A DNA stretch of 43,401 nt from an uncultured Collinsella sp. (GCA_958441355.1 CAUCCR010000001.1:1-43401), one strand, 5' to 3'. Positions 27,556 to 37,854 are shown, counted from the first letter of the stretch. The notes: generated from the letters alone by a model not told the origin. A program made the numbers and translations.

Positions 27556-27659
27556 AGAGCTCCTTTGCTACTTAATGCGCGACGCATGTGGATGGAACTG
27601 GTCGTCGATGGATGGTCAGGACTGCCCGGAAACCTTCCTGCTTAAGGAAGGAATTGCGA

Positions 27660-27703
27660 AATGACAACGTAGGACATTTCGTTAATGACAACGTAAGACA
27701 TTT
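27660..27703. promoter_or_regulatory. Two putative LacI operators, cassette 1
   Basis: AATGACAACGTAGGACATTT and AATGACAACGTAAGACATTT, 24 bp apart, central CG. Confidence 0.7.
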
Positions 27704-27840
27704 TTGGAAGAGCAACAAGGATTTACGGGTGAACGGTCGATATTGTCCGATAAACGGCTGATTTGTCAGTCGGGCAGGTAGTGTATGCTAGAACACAAAA
27801 AACAAGCGATGCAAAACCGACTGGAGAAGTAGTGGCAACG

Positions 27841-28842
27841 ATGGACAAGAAAAATGTCTCAATGAACGATGTGGCGATTGCCGCAGGTGTTTCTCTCAAG
27901 ACGGTGTCGCGTGTGATCAACGAGCCCGATAGCGTGCGAGAGTCGACACGCGATAGGGTCCATGCTGCCATGGAGACGCTTGGGTTCCGGGCGAACTTTG
28001 CCGCGCGTTCACTCAAGTTGGGCCGTTACGGGTGCATCGGCGTGGTGATGTTCCACTTGTCGGGCGGCGCCGTGGACATGATTGACGGTATCGCCGATGC
28101 CGCCGAAGAACGCGGCTTTGCGCTCACGATGATCAAAAAGCGGGCAGGGGAGAAGATGACCCTTGCCGACGCAGCGCGCAGGATGTCGCAGCTGCCTGTT
28201 GATGGCATGATCTTCAATCTGCGCCAGATGGTCGACGACTTTGATACGTTTGAGGCACCGAAGGACCTCAAGACGGTGATTATCACGCCGATGGAGCATC
28301 CTACCTGCTCTACCGTTAGTGACGATCAAGAGGGTGGTGCGCGCATGGCGTGCGAGTACTTCTTGGATCATGGTCACAAGAACGTGTATTTCGTTTCGGG
28401 TAAGAAAGAGTCGCTGTCGAGCCAGTGCCGTATGAAAGGTTGGCGTGCGGCACTCGAGGCGCGTGGCATTGAGCCGCCCGAACCTCTGCAAGGCGATTGG
28501 AATGCGGATAGTGGCTATGCCGCGGGCCTTGTGCTTGCCGATAAACCCGATTGCACGGCGGTCCTCGCTGCTAACGACTGCATGGCAAACGGCGTGATGG
28601 TGGCTCTACGTGACAAAGGGCTCAGTGTGCCCGACGACGTGTCCGTGATCGGCTTCGACGATGAGCTCTACAAGACGATTCCCAACTCGATTCTGACGTC
28701 GGTGAAGTTTCGCCACCGCGAGCTGGGCATCCGTGCGCTTAACGAGGTCGTTGCGGGTTTGGAAGCCCCGAGCTCCAGAAGTCGTACGTTTGTCTCGGGC
28801 GTGTTGGTCGAGCGTGCGAGCGTGCGGGATTTGCGGGCGTAG
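27841..28842 (+). CDS. LacI family transcriptional regulator 1
   Basis: DVAIAAGVSLKTVSRVIN, ANDCMA.G, VPDDVSVIGFDD. Confidence 0.93.
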   Translation: MDKKNVSMNDVAIAAGVSLKTVSRVINEPDSVRESTRDRVHAAMETLGFRANFAARSLKLGRYGCIGVVMFHLSGGAVDMIDGIADAAEERGFALTMIKKRAGEKMTLADAARRMSQLPVDGMIFNLRQMVDDFDTFEAPKDLKTVIITPMEHPTCSTVSDDQEGGARMACEYFLDHGHKNVYFVSGKKESLSSQCRMKGWRAALEARGIEPPEPLQGDWNADSGYAAGLVLADKPDCTAVLAANDCMANGVMVALRDKGLSVPDDVSVIGFDDELYKTIPNSILTSVKFRHRELGIRALNEVVAGLEAPSSRSRTFVSGVLVERASVRDLRA

Positions 28843-28860
28843 GCGTGCTCGGCCTATTCC

Positions 28861-29084
28861 GTTTGTCTCAATCTGTAACAGCTAGGACCCAAAAACTCGG
28901 CTAGATGTTACGGATCGAGATTTTTGGCCCGGCTTATTCCGTTTGTCTCGATCTGTAACAACTAGACGGTCAAAAGTGGTCTACATGTTACAGATTGAGA
29001 TTTTCGGCTTGGCCTGTGCGTTCATCTCGATCTGTAACAGCTAGGACCGAAAAACTCGGCTAGATGTTACAGATTGAGATGAAC
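28861..29084. repeat. Palindromic repeat array 2 (3 units)
   Basis: Same unit as array 1, at about 28861, 28941, 29020. Confidence 0.9.
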
Positions 29085-29108
29085 AGGAGGACGGGTGCGG
29101 TCTAAACA

Positions 29109-29147
29109 AAATGGCCCGCGCATCACACATCGATGCACGGGCCATTT
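29109..29147. terminator. Terminator hairpin between convergent genes
   Basis: AAATGGCCCG.GCATC..GATGC.CGGGCCATTT. Confidence 0.7.
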
Positions 29148-29179
29148 ATTGTCTGCAAGCGGCAGGTGGTGTCAGCGTC

Positions 29180-30940
29180 TTATGCCTCGAGGTTTTCCTC
29201 GATCCAGGCGACGGCACCCTTGGGATCCTTAGTGAGGTCGATGTACTGTTTGCCCTTGGGCGACAGCAGCGTGATGCCCAGGCGGTCGGTGTCGGCCTTC
29301 ATCTCGTTGTAATAGGTGCGAACCTGCGGAGCCAGGACGATGACGTTGTACTGGTCCATGATGGCGTAGTGGCTGCCGTAGGCACCGGCGTTGGCGGTAA
29401 TGTCGATGCCCAGCTCGTCGGCGCCTTCCTTAAGCGCGTTGGCGAGCAGTGCAGAGGTGCCGGCGCCAGCGCACAGAACCAGAACCCTCAGATCCTTGCC
29501 CTTAAGGGCGGACGGAGCTGCGGAGGCCTCAGTGGCAGAAGCGGTCTCGACAACAGGAGCCTCAACGGCGGGGGCGGCAGCGGTCTTGACGGCCTTGGTC
29601 TCCTCGGCCTCTTCTTCGGCCAGGGTCTCGGCCTCCTGCTTGCACAGGACGTTGTCGTAGGCCTTGCAGAACGGGTAGTAGATCAAGAAGTCAACGACCA
29701 GCAGGACGACAACCAGGACCAGAGAGATCGGCTGGAAGTTGGTGTCGATGAAGGTGCCGATCGGTCCGGGGAGTGCCCACGGCATGGCATAGATAAAGCC
29801 GTTCATGCCCAAAAAGTCGATGAAGAACTTACCAATGAGGACGTTGGCCACGGGGGCAAACAGGAACGGGATCAGGAAGTACGGGTTGAGGATGATGGGC
29901 GCGGCGAACAGCAGCGGCTCGTTGACGGCGAACATCACGGGCACGACAGAGGCTTTGCCGACGGCCTTGAGCTGCTTGGAGCGCATAAAGAGCAGGAAGA
30001 TGATCGGGACAATGAACGTGGCGCCGGTGCCGCCGAGTTCGCCGATGTAGTTACCGAAGTTTTCGGTCAGGGCGAGGGCGGGGTGACCGCCGGCCTGCAG
30101 CGTGGCGAGGTTGGTGGTGATGTTGCCAAACAGCGCGGCGTTGAGGGCAGGCTTAACGACCGAGGGGCCGTGGATGCCCATGAACCAGAACAGCGGGATC
30201 ATGAACCAGATGAGGGCGAGGCCGGCGTAGGAATCGGCAGCGGCGAACAGCGGGCTCACCAGCGTGGAGATGACGTTGGCAAACGGGACGGCCAAGCAGG
30301 TGCGGCAGATAACGTCGATGACGGCGACAAACAGGATGGAGAAGCTGAAGGCGAAGATGTCGCGGAAGTTCTGGGCGATGGCGCCGGGGACTTCTTTGGG
30401 CAGCTTGATGGTGATGTCTCGCTTAATGCAGAAGGCATAGATGTTGACCGTGGCAAATGCGGCGACAAAGGAGCTCAGCAGGCCCTTGGTGCCCATGTTG
30501 TCGGTAAAGAACACCGAGACATCGGCGCCGTCGATCTTGGCACTCGTCTGGGTAACGGCCAAGATGAGCATAGCGCACATGGCGGCGACCATGGTGCTCG
30601 TGGCGTTGATGGCCTTGCCAGCAGGCATGCGGCGGTTCTTGGAGCCGGTCAGCGCGCTTGCGGTGGTGCCGGCGACCATGATGCCCACGACGCCCATCGT
30701 GAAGTTGTAAACCTTGTTGCAGAAGTTCACGACGTCGACGTTCCACCAGTCGGGCAGCGTAAAGCCGCCGACCGTGGCGACAACGCCCGGCAGGGTCGAA
30801 ATAAGCAGGAAGACAGAAGAAGACAGGATGATGGGCATTGCTGCCAAAAAGCCGTCTTTAATGGCCTGAAGGTAGATGTTCTTAGAGACCTTGTCGAAGT
30901 ACGGCTGACCTTTCTCCAAGAACTTAACGATCGATTCCAT
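29180..30940 (-). CDS. lacE: PTS lactose-family EIICB, paralog 2
   Basis: Same motifs as paralog 1; VLVLCAGAGTS. Confidence 0.93.
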   Translation of the reverse strand: MESIVKFLEKGQPYFDKVSKNIYLQAIKDGFLAAMPIILSSSVFLLISTLPGVVATVGGFTLPDWWNVDVVNFCNKVYNFTMGVVGIMVAGTTASALTGSKNRRMPAGKAINATSTMVAAMCAMLILAVTQTSAKIDGADVSVFFTDNMGTKGLLSSFVAAFATVNIYAFCIKRDITIKLPKEVPGAIAQNFRDIFAFSFSILFVAVIDVICRTCLAVPFANVISTLVSPLFAAADSYAGLALIWFMIPLFWFMGIHGPSVVKPALNAALFGNITTNLATLQAGGHPALALTENFGNYIGELGGTGATFIVPIIFLLFMRSKQLKAVGKASVVPVMFAVNEPLLFAAPIILNPYFLIPFLFAPVANVLIGKFFIDFLGMNGFIYAMPWALPGPIGTFIDTNFQPISLVLVVVLLVVDFLIYYPFCKAYDNVLCKQEAETLAEEEAEETKAVKTAAAPAVEAPVVETASATEASAAPSALKGKDLRVLVLCAGAGTSALLANALKEGADELGIDITANAGAYGSHYAIMDQYNVIVLAPQVRTYYNEMKADTDRLGITLLSPKGKQYIDLTKDPKGAVAWIEENLEA

Positions 30941-31116
30941 AGTTCACGCTCCTCTTTGCATGAAATCTTAATGGCATGGACGTTGAAAACCTATATGGTC
31001 TCCCGCTTGCTAAAAGCCCGGGTGCAGGCGGGGTCGGTCCCAGGGGGAGAGAGGGGAGCGGCTGGGTTTGTATCGCATAGGGCCGCTCCCTTCTCGGGGG
31101 AAAGCGAGGCGATGCG

Positions 31117-32559
31117 CTACTGCGCGTCCGCCATAGTGTCGGCGAGCTCCTTGTACCAGAGTGCCGACTGCTTGATGTAGCGTTTTTGCGTGTCGAAGTC
31201 GATGTAGAACAGGCCGTAGCGCTTGTTATAGCCATTGGCCCACGAGAACTGGTCCTGCAGGCTCCAGATAAAGTAGCCCTGGACGTCGACGCCCTCGGCG
31301 CGCGCCTGGAGCACCTTCTCCATGTGCTGGTCGACAAAGTCGATGCGCTCGGGATCGGCGACGATGCCGTTTGCGTCGGGCTCGGGGTCCTTGTGGCCCA
31401 GGCCATTTTCGGTGATATAGATGACGGGGAGGTTGGGATAGGTGGCGCTGATGTGCTTTAGCGTGTCGTAGAGGCCTTGCGGGTAGATGAGCCAATCCCA
31501 GTCGGTGGTGGGGATACCCGGCATATCGACCTGCTGCCCGACGCCCTTAAACTTAAAGCACGAGGTGCCCTTGTCTCCGGTGCCGTTAAAGCTGTTGGTT
31601 GACTCGCCATCGTAGGCGGCGATAAACGCCGACTGATAGTAGTTGAGGCCGAACATATCGTTGCGGGGCGCCGCCTTGGCGAGCTCCTCCATGTCGCTGT
31701 CCTCAACCGTAAGTGTGGCGTTGTTGGCACGCAGAATCTCGTTGATGAGTGAGAGGGTGCGCGCGGAGTAGTGACCCAGGAAGGCGCCGTCCATGATGAA
31801 GTCGGTGTAGAAGGCGTTGTACAGGTCGGCGGCGTGCTGGTCGGCGGGCGAGTCGGTGGCAGGATATGCCGGCGTCAGGACGTTGACCATGCCAATGCGT
31901 CCGCCCAGGTGCTCGGTCTCGTCAAGATCCTTATACAGGTTGACGGCGCGGGCGTGGGCAACGAGCTCGTTGTGCTGGCTCTGGATGCCGCTCGTCACAT
32001 CAAAGTGATGGTTGGGCGGGAAGTTGCCTTGGATGTATTGGGAGTGCGAGAGGCTGATGAGCTCGTTGATGGTGAACCAATTTTTGACCTCGCGGAACTC
32101 GCGGAAGCAGAACTCGGCATAGCGCACATAGGCGTCGACGGTCTTGCGGTTGAGCCAGTCGCCCTGGTTGAACAGGGCGGCGGGGGAGTCAAAGTGATGC
32201 AGGGACACATAGGGCTCGACGCCATACTTTTTGCAGCAGGCGAACAGCTCGTGGTAGTGCTTAACGCCCTCGGAGAGGGGTTCGGCATCGTCGCCGTTGG
32301 GGAAGATGCGGGTCCAGGCGATGGACACACGAATGGCGTTGAGTCCATGCTCGGCAGAAAGGCGGATATCCTCCTCGTAGCGGTTGTAGAAATCACTGGC
32401 CGGGTCGGGCAAAAAGCGACCCTGGGCGACAAGGTAATCGTCCCACATGGTCTTACCCTTGCCTGCCACCTTCGTGGAACCTTCCGTTTGGTACGCGGCG
32501 GTTGCGGCGCCCCAAACAAAGCCCTTCGGCAGCTGCTGTACGCGGTTTAGCAAAGACAT
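31117..32559 (-). CDS. lacG: 6-phospho-beta-galactosidase (GH1), paralog 2
   Basis: WGAATAAYQTEG, TINE, ITENG, DQFSWANGY; start 32559 or 32565. Confidence 0.92.
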   Translation of the reverse strand: MSLLNRVQQLPKGFVWGAATAAYQTEGSTKVAGKGKTMWDDYLVAQGRFLPDPASDFYNRYEEDIRLSAEHGLNAIRVSIAWTRIFPNGDDAEPLSEGVKHYHELFACCKKYGVEPYVSLHHFDSPAALFNQGDWLNRKTVDAYVRYAEFCFREFREVKNWFTINELISLSHSQYIQGNFPPNHHFDVTSGIQSQHNELVAHARAVNLYKDLDETEHLGGRIGMVNVLTPAYPATDSPADQHAADLYNAFYTDFIMDGAFLGHYSARTLSLINEILRANNATLTVEDSDMEELAKAAPRNDMFGLNYYQSAFIAAYDGESTNSFNGTGDKGTSCFKFKGVGQQVDMPGIPTTDWDWLIYPQGLYDTLKHISATYPNLPVIYITENGLGHKDPEPDANGIVADPERIDFVDQHMEKVLQARAEGVDVQGYFIWSLQDQFSWANGYNKRYGLFYIDFDTQKRYIKQSALWYKELADTMADAQ

Positions 32560-32678
32560 ATGCATACACCCTCTCGTCTCGCTGTTCGATATTGTGCGTT
32601 TGCGCTCAGGAGGCTCCCTGGTTAGCGTTCAGCGGTGAAAAAGCCCGATAAACACTATCTTAAAATGATTAGAACCAA

Positions 32679-32849
32679 AATGAGCACGTGAACATTTGAC
32701 AATGAGCACGTTAACATCCGGCTGGGATGTATAGAAACAAAACAACTTCAAACAGCCGCGAACGGTTGTATTTGTTCGGTAAGCGGTTTTGATTGACAGA
32801 AGTTTTCATGTTGTGGTATTTGGCTCGGGTATCATGAGCACGTTATCAA
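32679..32849. promoter_or_regulatory. Three putative LacI operators, cassette 2
   Basis: ATGAGCACGTGAACA (32680), ATGAGCACGTTAACA (32702), ATGAGCACGTTATCA (32834). Confidence 0.7.
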
Positions 32850-32909
32850 TGTATGTACGATGCGCCATGGGCGCGGGGAATAGTTGGGAAGCAGGTTAGC
32901 GTGGAAGGC

Positions 32910-33938
32910 ATGGATCAGCAGACAAGGAATGGTCGTTCGGCGAGCGCGGCAGAGGTTGCGGCGCTCGCTGGCGTGAGCCGCCAGACTGTGTCTCGCGTGG
33001 TCAACGGTATGCCCAACGTGACGGAAAAGACGCGCAAGCGTGTGCTGGCCGCCATGGAAGAGCTGGGCTTTCGTCCCAATTTTGCTGGAGCGGCGTTGCG
33101 CGGCGGGTCGTATCGTTCTATTGGCCTGTGCATGTACAACATCACACGTGTCGGTAACCTGGCGACGCTCGAGGGTATCATGCAAGCGGCGCGCGAGCAC
33201 GATTTTGCCGTCACTATGATCGAGATGGGCGGCGACAAGCCCTATGCACTTGCCGATGCCTCGCGCCGCATGGTCGAGCGACCCGTCGACGGTATGATTC
33301 TCAACATGAACCGCATGGCTCCCGATTTTGAGGAGTTTGTTCCCCAGCCGGGAGTGCGAACGGTCATCCTGTCCATGTATGCGCATCCGCGCTGCACGAC
33401 GATCGACTCCGACCAGTATGGTTCGTGCGAGCTGTTGACCAATTATCTGCTGGAACATGGTCACTCGAATATGCGGTTTGTGGCGGGTCCGGAAAACTCG
33501 ATTTCCTCACGTTTTCGTGAGGCCGGTTGGCGCGATACGCTGGGTCGTGCTCATGTCGATGCCGCTCCGATGCTGCGTGGCGATTGGAGTGCGGACAGTG
33601 GGTACGCCATGGGCGAGCGGATTGCGGCCGAGGTGCTTGCCGGCGGGTCGCAGGCGCCGACTGCCGTGCTTGCGGCAAATGACCAGATGGCGCTGGGCGT
33701 TATCGCCGCGCTCGAGAACGCGGGCCTGTCCGTGCCCGACGACGTGAGCGTGGTTGGTATCGACGACGCACTCGAGGGACTTGTTCCTCACAATCGGCTG
33801 ACGACGCTGCGATTTGATTTGCGCGGTGTCGGTAAGCTTGCGTTTGAGGCGGCGATTGGAGAGAGCTCGTCTATCGAGGCGATTCATGTGCCGAGCACGC
33901 TGGTCGAACGCTCGACTGTTAGGGACATACGGGGTTAG
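32910..33938 (+). CDS. LacI family transcriptional regulator 2
   Basis: EVAALAGVSRQTVSRVVN, ANDQMALG, VPDDVSVVGIDD; start uncertain (32901 or 32910). Confidence 0.92.
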   Translation: MDQQTRNGRSASAAEVAALAGVSRQTVSRVVNGMPNVTEKTRKRVLAAMEELGFRPNFAGAALRGGSYRSIGLCMYNITRVGNLATLEGIMQAAREHDFAVTMIEMGGDKPYALADASRRMVERPVDGMILNMNRMAPDFEEFVPQPGVRTVILSMYAHPRCTTIDSDQYGSCELLTNYLLEHGHSNMRFVAGPENSISSRFREAGWRDTLGRAHVDAAPMLRGDWSADSGYAMGERIAAEVLAGGSQAPTAVLAANDQMALGVIAALENAGLSVPDDVSVVGIDDALEGLVPHNRLTTLRFDLRGVGKLAFEAAIGESSSIEAIHVPSTLVERSTVRDIRG

Positions 33939-33946
33939 GTCCTACT

Positions 33947-34096
33947 CCGTTTGTCTCGATTTGTAACAGGTAGACGGTCAAAAGCGGGCTACGTGTTACA
34001 GATTTAGATTCTTCGGAAAGAGCAATCCTGTTCGTCTCAATCTGTAACAGCTAGGACCCAAAAACTCGGCTAGATGTTACAGATTGAGACAAACGG
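33947..34096. repeat. Palindromic repeat array 3 (2 units)
   Basis: Two units; the array is bounded by the inverted pair CCGTTTGTCTC / GAGACAAACGG. Confidence 0.9.
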
Positions 34097-34110
34097 ACCC
34101 CGAACCGCCC

Positions 34111-34154
34111 AAAAAGGCCGGGGGCGGCGCGCCGTGTGACGTGCCACCCCCGGC
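34111..34154 (-). terminator. Terminator of lacE3-lacG3
   Basis: AAAAA-GGCCGGGGGCGGCG..CGTGCCACCCCCGGC on the plus strand. Confidence 0.65.
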
Positions 34155-34215
34155 TGAGAAATGGGGGACAGGTTATGTGGGCGGTGCAACTCCGCCAACC
34201 GCTCGTCGCAAGCCG

Positions 34216-35655
34216 CTAGTCCAGACGACGGGTTTGCGCCACGTGCTTATACCAGTATGCGCTTGCCTTGGGTGTGCGCTTTTGGGTTTCAAAGTCAACG
34301 TAGAAGAAGCCGTAACGCTTGTTGTAGCCATTGGTCCAGGAGAACTGATCCTGCAGGCTCCACAGGAAGTAGCCGCCTACGTTGACGCCAACCTCCATGG
34401 CCTTGAGCAACCAGCGCAGGTGCTGCTCGATGTAGTCGATGCGCGGCTGGTCGTCCACAAAACCGTCCTTGTAGGGGTCCTTGTAGCCCATGCCGTTCTC
34501 GGTGATGAAGATCTGCTTGTAGTTGGGGTAGCGCTGCTTAATGTAGACGAGCAGATCGAACAGGCCCTCGGGATAGATGATCCAGTCCCAGTCGGTGGTG
34601 GGGATACCAGGCTTGTTCACATGCTCGCCAATACCCTTAACGCGCCAGCGGCCGGTGCCCTTCTCGCCCGTACCGTTGTGGTGCAGGTCGTTCTCGCCAT
34701 CGTAAGCCTTCAAGAAGCGGCACTGGTAGTTGTTAACGCCCAGGTAGTCGTTGTAGAGCGCGGCCTCGCGCATAATCTCGAGGTCCTCGTCCAGGATCTC
34801 GATGGTGCCGCCCGAGACGGCAGCCAGGCGGTTGGCGCACTCGAGGGTGTCGGGGGCATAGTCGCCGCGGAAGGTGGCGTCGAGCAGAAACTGGTTCTGC
34901 AGCACGTGCTCGTTGTTGGCGGCTTTGATGTCGGCGGGGTCGTTCTCGTTGAGCGGATACTTAAACTCCAGCGACTGAATGACGCCGATCTTGCCCTTAA
35001 AGCCGCCGTTGTGGAAGGCCAGCACGGCCTTGGCGTGGGCGAGCATCATGTTGTGCTCGCACTGGAAGGCCTCGGCCAGATGCGCCTTGACGCCACCGGG
35101 GAAGGTGCCCTCAATGTAGGTGTTGGAGGCGTCGGCCCAAATCTCGTTAAAGGTGAACCAGTAGGTTACCTGGTCGGCGTACTCCTTAAAGCAGAAGGTG
35201 GCAAAGTCCACAAAGGCGTCGATAGTCTCGCGGTTGAGGAAGTCGCCCTTCTCAAAGAGGGGAAGCGGCGTGTCAAAGTGATGCAGCGTGACGAACGGCT
35301 CAACGTGGTGCTTGTGGCACTCGGCGAAGAGATCGTGGTAGAACTGGACGCCCTCGGGGTTTATCTCGCCGGTGCCGTTGGGGAAGATGCGGCTCCAGGC
35401 AATGGAGAGGCGAATGCCGTTGATGCCGAACTCCTCGCACAGCTCCAGGTCGACGGGGTAGTGGTTGTAGAAGTCCGAAGCGGGATCGGGGGAGAAGCGC
35501 CCCTGGGCCTCCAGAAAGTCGTCCCAGGCAACCTTGCCCTTACCGTGAGTGCGGGTCTCGCCCTCTACCTGGTAGGCAGCGGTGGCGCCGCCAAAGACAA
35601 AGTCCTCGGGAAACTGCGCGGGCGGGTTGGTGACGCTAGCAGGATTAACGGACAT
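34216..35655 (-). CDS. lacG: 6-phospho-beta-galactosidase (GH1), paralog 3
   Basis: FGGATAAYQVEG, TFNE, ITENG, DQFSWTNGY. Confidence 0.92.
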   Translation of the reverse strand: MSVNPASVTNPPAQFPEDFVFGGATAAYQVEGETRTHGKGKVAWDDFLEAQGRFSPDPASDFYNHYPVDLELCEEFGINGIRLSIAWSRIFPNGTGEINPEGVQFYHDLFAECHKHHVEPFVTLHHFDTPLPLFEKGDFLNRETIDAFVDFATFCFKEYADQVTYWFTFNEIWADASNTYIEGTFPGGVKAHLAEAFQCEHNMMLAHAKAVLAFHNGGFKGKIGVIQSLEFKYPLNENDPADIKAANNEHVLQNQFLLDATFRGDYAPDTLECANRLAAVSGGTIEILDEDLEIMREAALYNDYLGVNNYQCRFLKAYDGENDLHHNGTGEKGTGRWRVKGIGEHVNKPGIPTTDWDWIIYPEGLFDLLVYIKQRYPNYKQIFITENGMGYKDPYKDGFVDDQPRIDYIEQHLRWLLKAMEVGVNVGGYFLWSLQDQFSWTNGYNKRYGFFYVDFETQKRTPKASAYWYKHVAQTRRLD

Positions 35656-35721
35656 GATGATCCAATCGTCTAAATCGAAGGGCCAGCCGGCTGTGGATGG
35701 TCGGCTGGCCTTGGGCGTTAC

Positions 35722-37497
35722 TTACTTCGAAAGTTGCTCGCTTACGAAGGCGAGAGACCTATCGCCGTTCTGGGAGAGCTCGATGTACTGCTTGCCACGG
35801 CAGGCGACGCACTTGTTGCCCACGCGCTCACAGTCCTTCTGCAGGTCGGCCAGGTAGCTTGCGGCCTGCGGGGCCAGGACGACCAGGTCAAAGTCGGGGA
35901 GCATGTCCACGTGGTTGCCATAGGCCTCGGCAGCGGTCTCGAGGTTAATGCCGCGCTCCTTGGCGGCCTTGGCCAGCGCGTTGGCGAGCAGGCCCGAGGT
36001 TCCGCCGCCCTGGCAGAGCACGAGCACGCGCTTGCCGTTGAGGTCGCTGGCGGTCGTTGTCTCGGCAGCGGGTGCTGCGGAAGCGGCGGGGGAGTCGGCC
36101 TTCACGGCCTCGGCAGCAGCGCCGGCGGCAACGCTCTTGGCGTCAGCCTTGCCCTGGAAGGCATCGTTGAGCCTGGCGGCCTTCTCGGCGTTCTTGGCGG
36201 CGAGCTCCTCCTGGGAGATCTCGGCCTCCTCGGCGCACTTCTGGGCGTCATAGGCACGGAAGAACGGGTAGTACAGAACGAAGTCGACGACCAGGATAAG
36301 GGCGAGCATCACAAAAGCGAGCGGCTGGAAGCCCAGGCCCATGATGGTGCCGATGGGGCCGGGGACGGTCCAAGGCAGGGTGTACATAAAGCCGTTCATG
36401 CCCAAGAAGTCGATAAAGATCTTGAGGATCCAGATGTTGGCGATCGGGGCAAAGACAAACGGGACAAAGAAGACGGGGTTGAGCACGATGGGCGCGGCGA
36501 ACAGCAGCGGCTCGTTGACGGCAAAGCAGACGGGGACGATGGCGGCCTTACCGACGGCGCGCATCTCCTGAGACTTGGCCAGGAAGCAGAACATAAAGAC
36601 CAGGACGAGCGTGGCGCCGGTGCCGCCCATGCAGACGACGAAGTACTGGGCACCCTGGGTCAGGACAGCGGAAGCGTGCTGGCCGGCCTGGAACGCAGCC
36701 AGGTTGTCGGTCATGTTGGCAACGAGGGCGGCGGCGATGGCGGGCTCGACGATCGAGGGGCCGTGGACGCCCACGAACCAGAAGAGGCTCATAGCGCCGT
36801 AGATCACAGCGAGGCCGATGTAGCCGTCGGCAGCGGTGAACAGGGGCTGGAACACCTGGATGACGCCCTGGGCAAAGCAGAAGCCAAAAGCAGCGCGGAA
36901 GGCGATGTCAAAGACCCAAAAGACGGTGATGCAGACGGAGAAGGGGATGATGTCCTTGAAGGTCTGCGAGATGTTGGGCGGAACCTGCTCGGGCATCTTG
37001 ACGGTGATGTTGCGCTTAATGAAGAACTTGTAGATGATGCCAGTCACAAACGCAGCGATGAAAGCGGTCAGCAGGCCCTTGGAACCAAGGTAGGTGGTGT
37101 TGAAGCCGCTGGCGGCGTCCGTGGCGATGGTGTCGCTCGAAAGGAGCAAGAAGCCGATGATGGCCGCGCACATGCACGAGATGAAGTTGATCTGGTTGTT
37201 CTTGGGCAGATCGCGGTTCTGGGCGTCGGCGAAGTGCTTGGCCGTGGTGGCGGCGCAGGCGATGGCCAGGATGCCCATAGAGTAGTTGTAGCACTTCCAC
37301 AGGGCGTTGTTGATGTCATCGGGCCAGTAGAAACCCCAGATGTTGGGGACCGAGGCTACCAGGCAGAAGATGGACGAGAAGATGATGATGGGGATGACGG
37401 AGATAAAGCCGTCGCGGATCGCCTTGAGGTACTTGTTGCGGGCGATCGCGTTGAAAAAGGGCTGGCCCTTTTCGATGATGGCGATGAGTTGCTCCAT
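35722..37497 (-). CDS. lacE: PTS lactose-family EIICB, paralog 3
   Basis: YLKAIRDGF, FWFVGVHGPSIV, VNEPLLF, VLVLCQGGGTS. Confidence 0.93.
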   Translation of the reverse strand: MEQLIAIIEKGQPFFNAIARNKYLKAIRDGFISVIPIIIFSSIFCLVASVPNIWGFYWPDDINNALWKCYNYSMGILAIACAATTAKHFADAQNRDLPKNNQINFISCMCAAIIGFLLLSSDTIATDAASGFNTTYLGSKGLLTAFIAAFVTGIIYKFFIKRNITVKMPEQVPPNISQTFKDIIPFSVCITVFWVFDIAFRAAFGFCFAQGVIQVFQPLFTAADGYIGLAVIYGAMSLFWFVGVHGPSIVEPAIAAALVANMTDNLAAFQAGQHASAVLTQGAQYFVVCMGGTGATLVLVFMFCFLAKSQEMRAVGKAAIVPVCFAVNEPLLFAAPIVLNPVFFVPFVFAPIANIWILKIFIDFLGMNGFMYTLPWTVPGPIGTIMGLGFQPLAFVMLALILVVDFVLYYPFFRAYDAQKCAEEAEISQEELAAKNAEKAARLNDAFQGKADAKSVAAGAAAEAVKADSPAASAAPAAETTTASDLNGKRVLVLCQGGGTSGLLANALAKAAKERGINLETAAEAYGNHVDMLPDFDLVVLAPQAASYLADLQKDCERVGNKCVACRGKQYIELSQNGDRSLAFVSEQLSK

Positions 37498-37558
37498 GCA
37501 ATGCTCCTAAGAGTCGGTGGGTTAGCAACGATGGTAGCTTTTGACTTTCGGTTGCCAA

Positions 37559-37841
37559 AATGTTGACGTTGCCATTTTGTGACACAAAAAAAGACGCGAA
37601 CCGGTGGTTCCTGTGCCTGCGAACCGTCGATTCCTTATGCGTAAACGTTTGAGCCGCCCGGTGGCTCTGTGTTTGCACAATGGCAACGTTAACATTTGGG
37701 CGACAAAAGCCGTTCGGGGAAGCAAAAATGTCGGTGAACGGTAGGTTTTGGGTGGTGAGCGTATGGTGGGGGAGGCGTTGGATATACTTGAAGGCGTTAA
37801 AAATGACTGCGCAAGGTGCCACCAATGGCATCGTTGACATA
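37559..37841. promoter_or_regulatory. Three putative LacI operators, cassette 3
   Basis: AATGTTGACGTTGCCATTT (37559, inverted), AATGGCAACGTTAACATTT (37679), AATGGCATCGTTGACATA (37824). Confidence 0.7.
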
Positions 37842-37854
37842 GAAAGATCGACCT

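Noticed and set aside
24745..27645. 966-aa plus-strand ORF and similar long antisense ORFs (29111-31180, 34084-35673, 35734-37566, 6282-7712, 18830-20359)
   Set aside because: Shadow frames of well-supported genes on the opposite strand, expected from high GC3 codon usage; no recognisable motifs
23891..34096. Arrays as integron attC sites
   Set aside because: No integrase in the window, sites occur in multi-unit clusters, and the flanked units are multi-gene with their own promoters; kept only as a loose analogy
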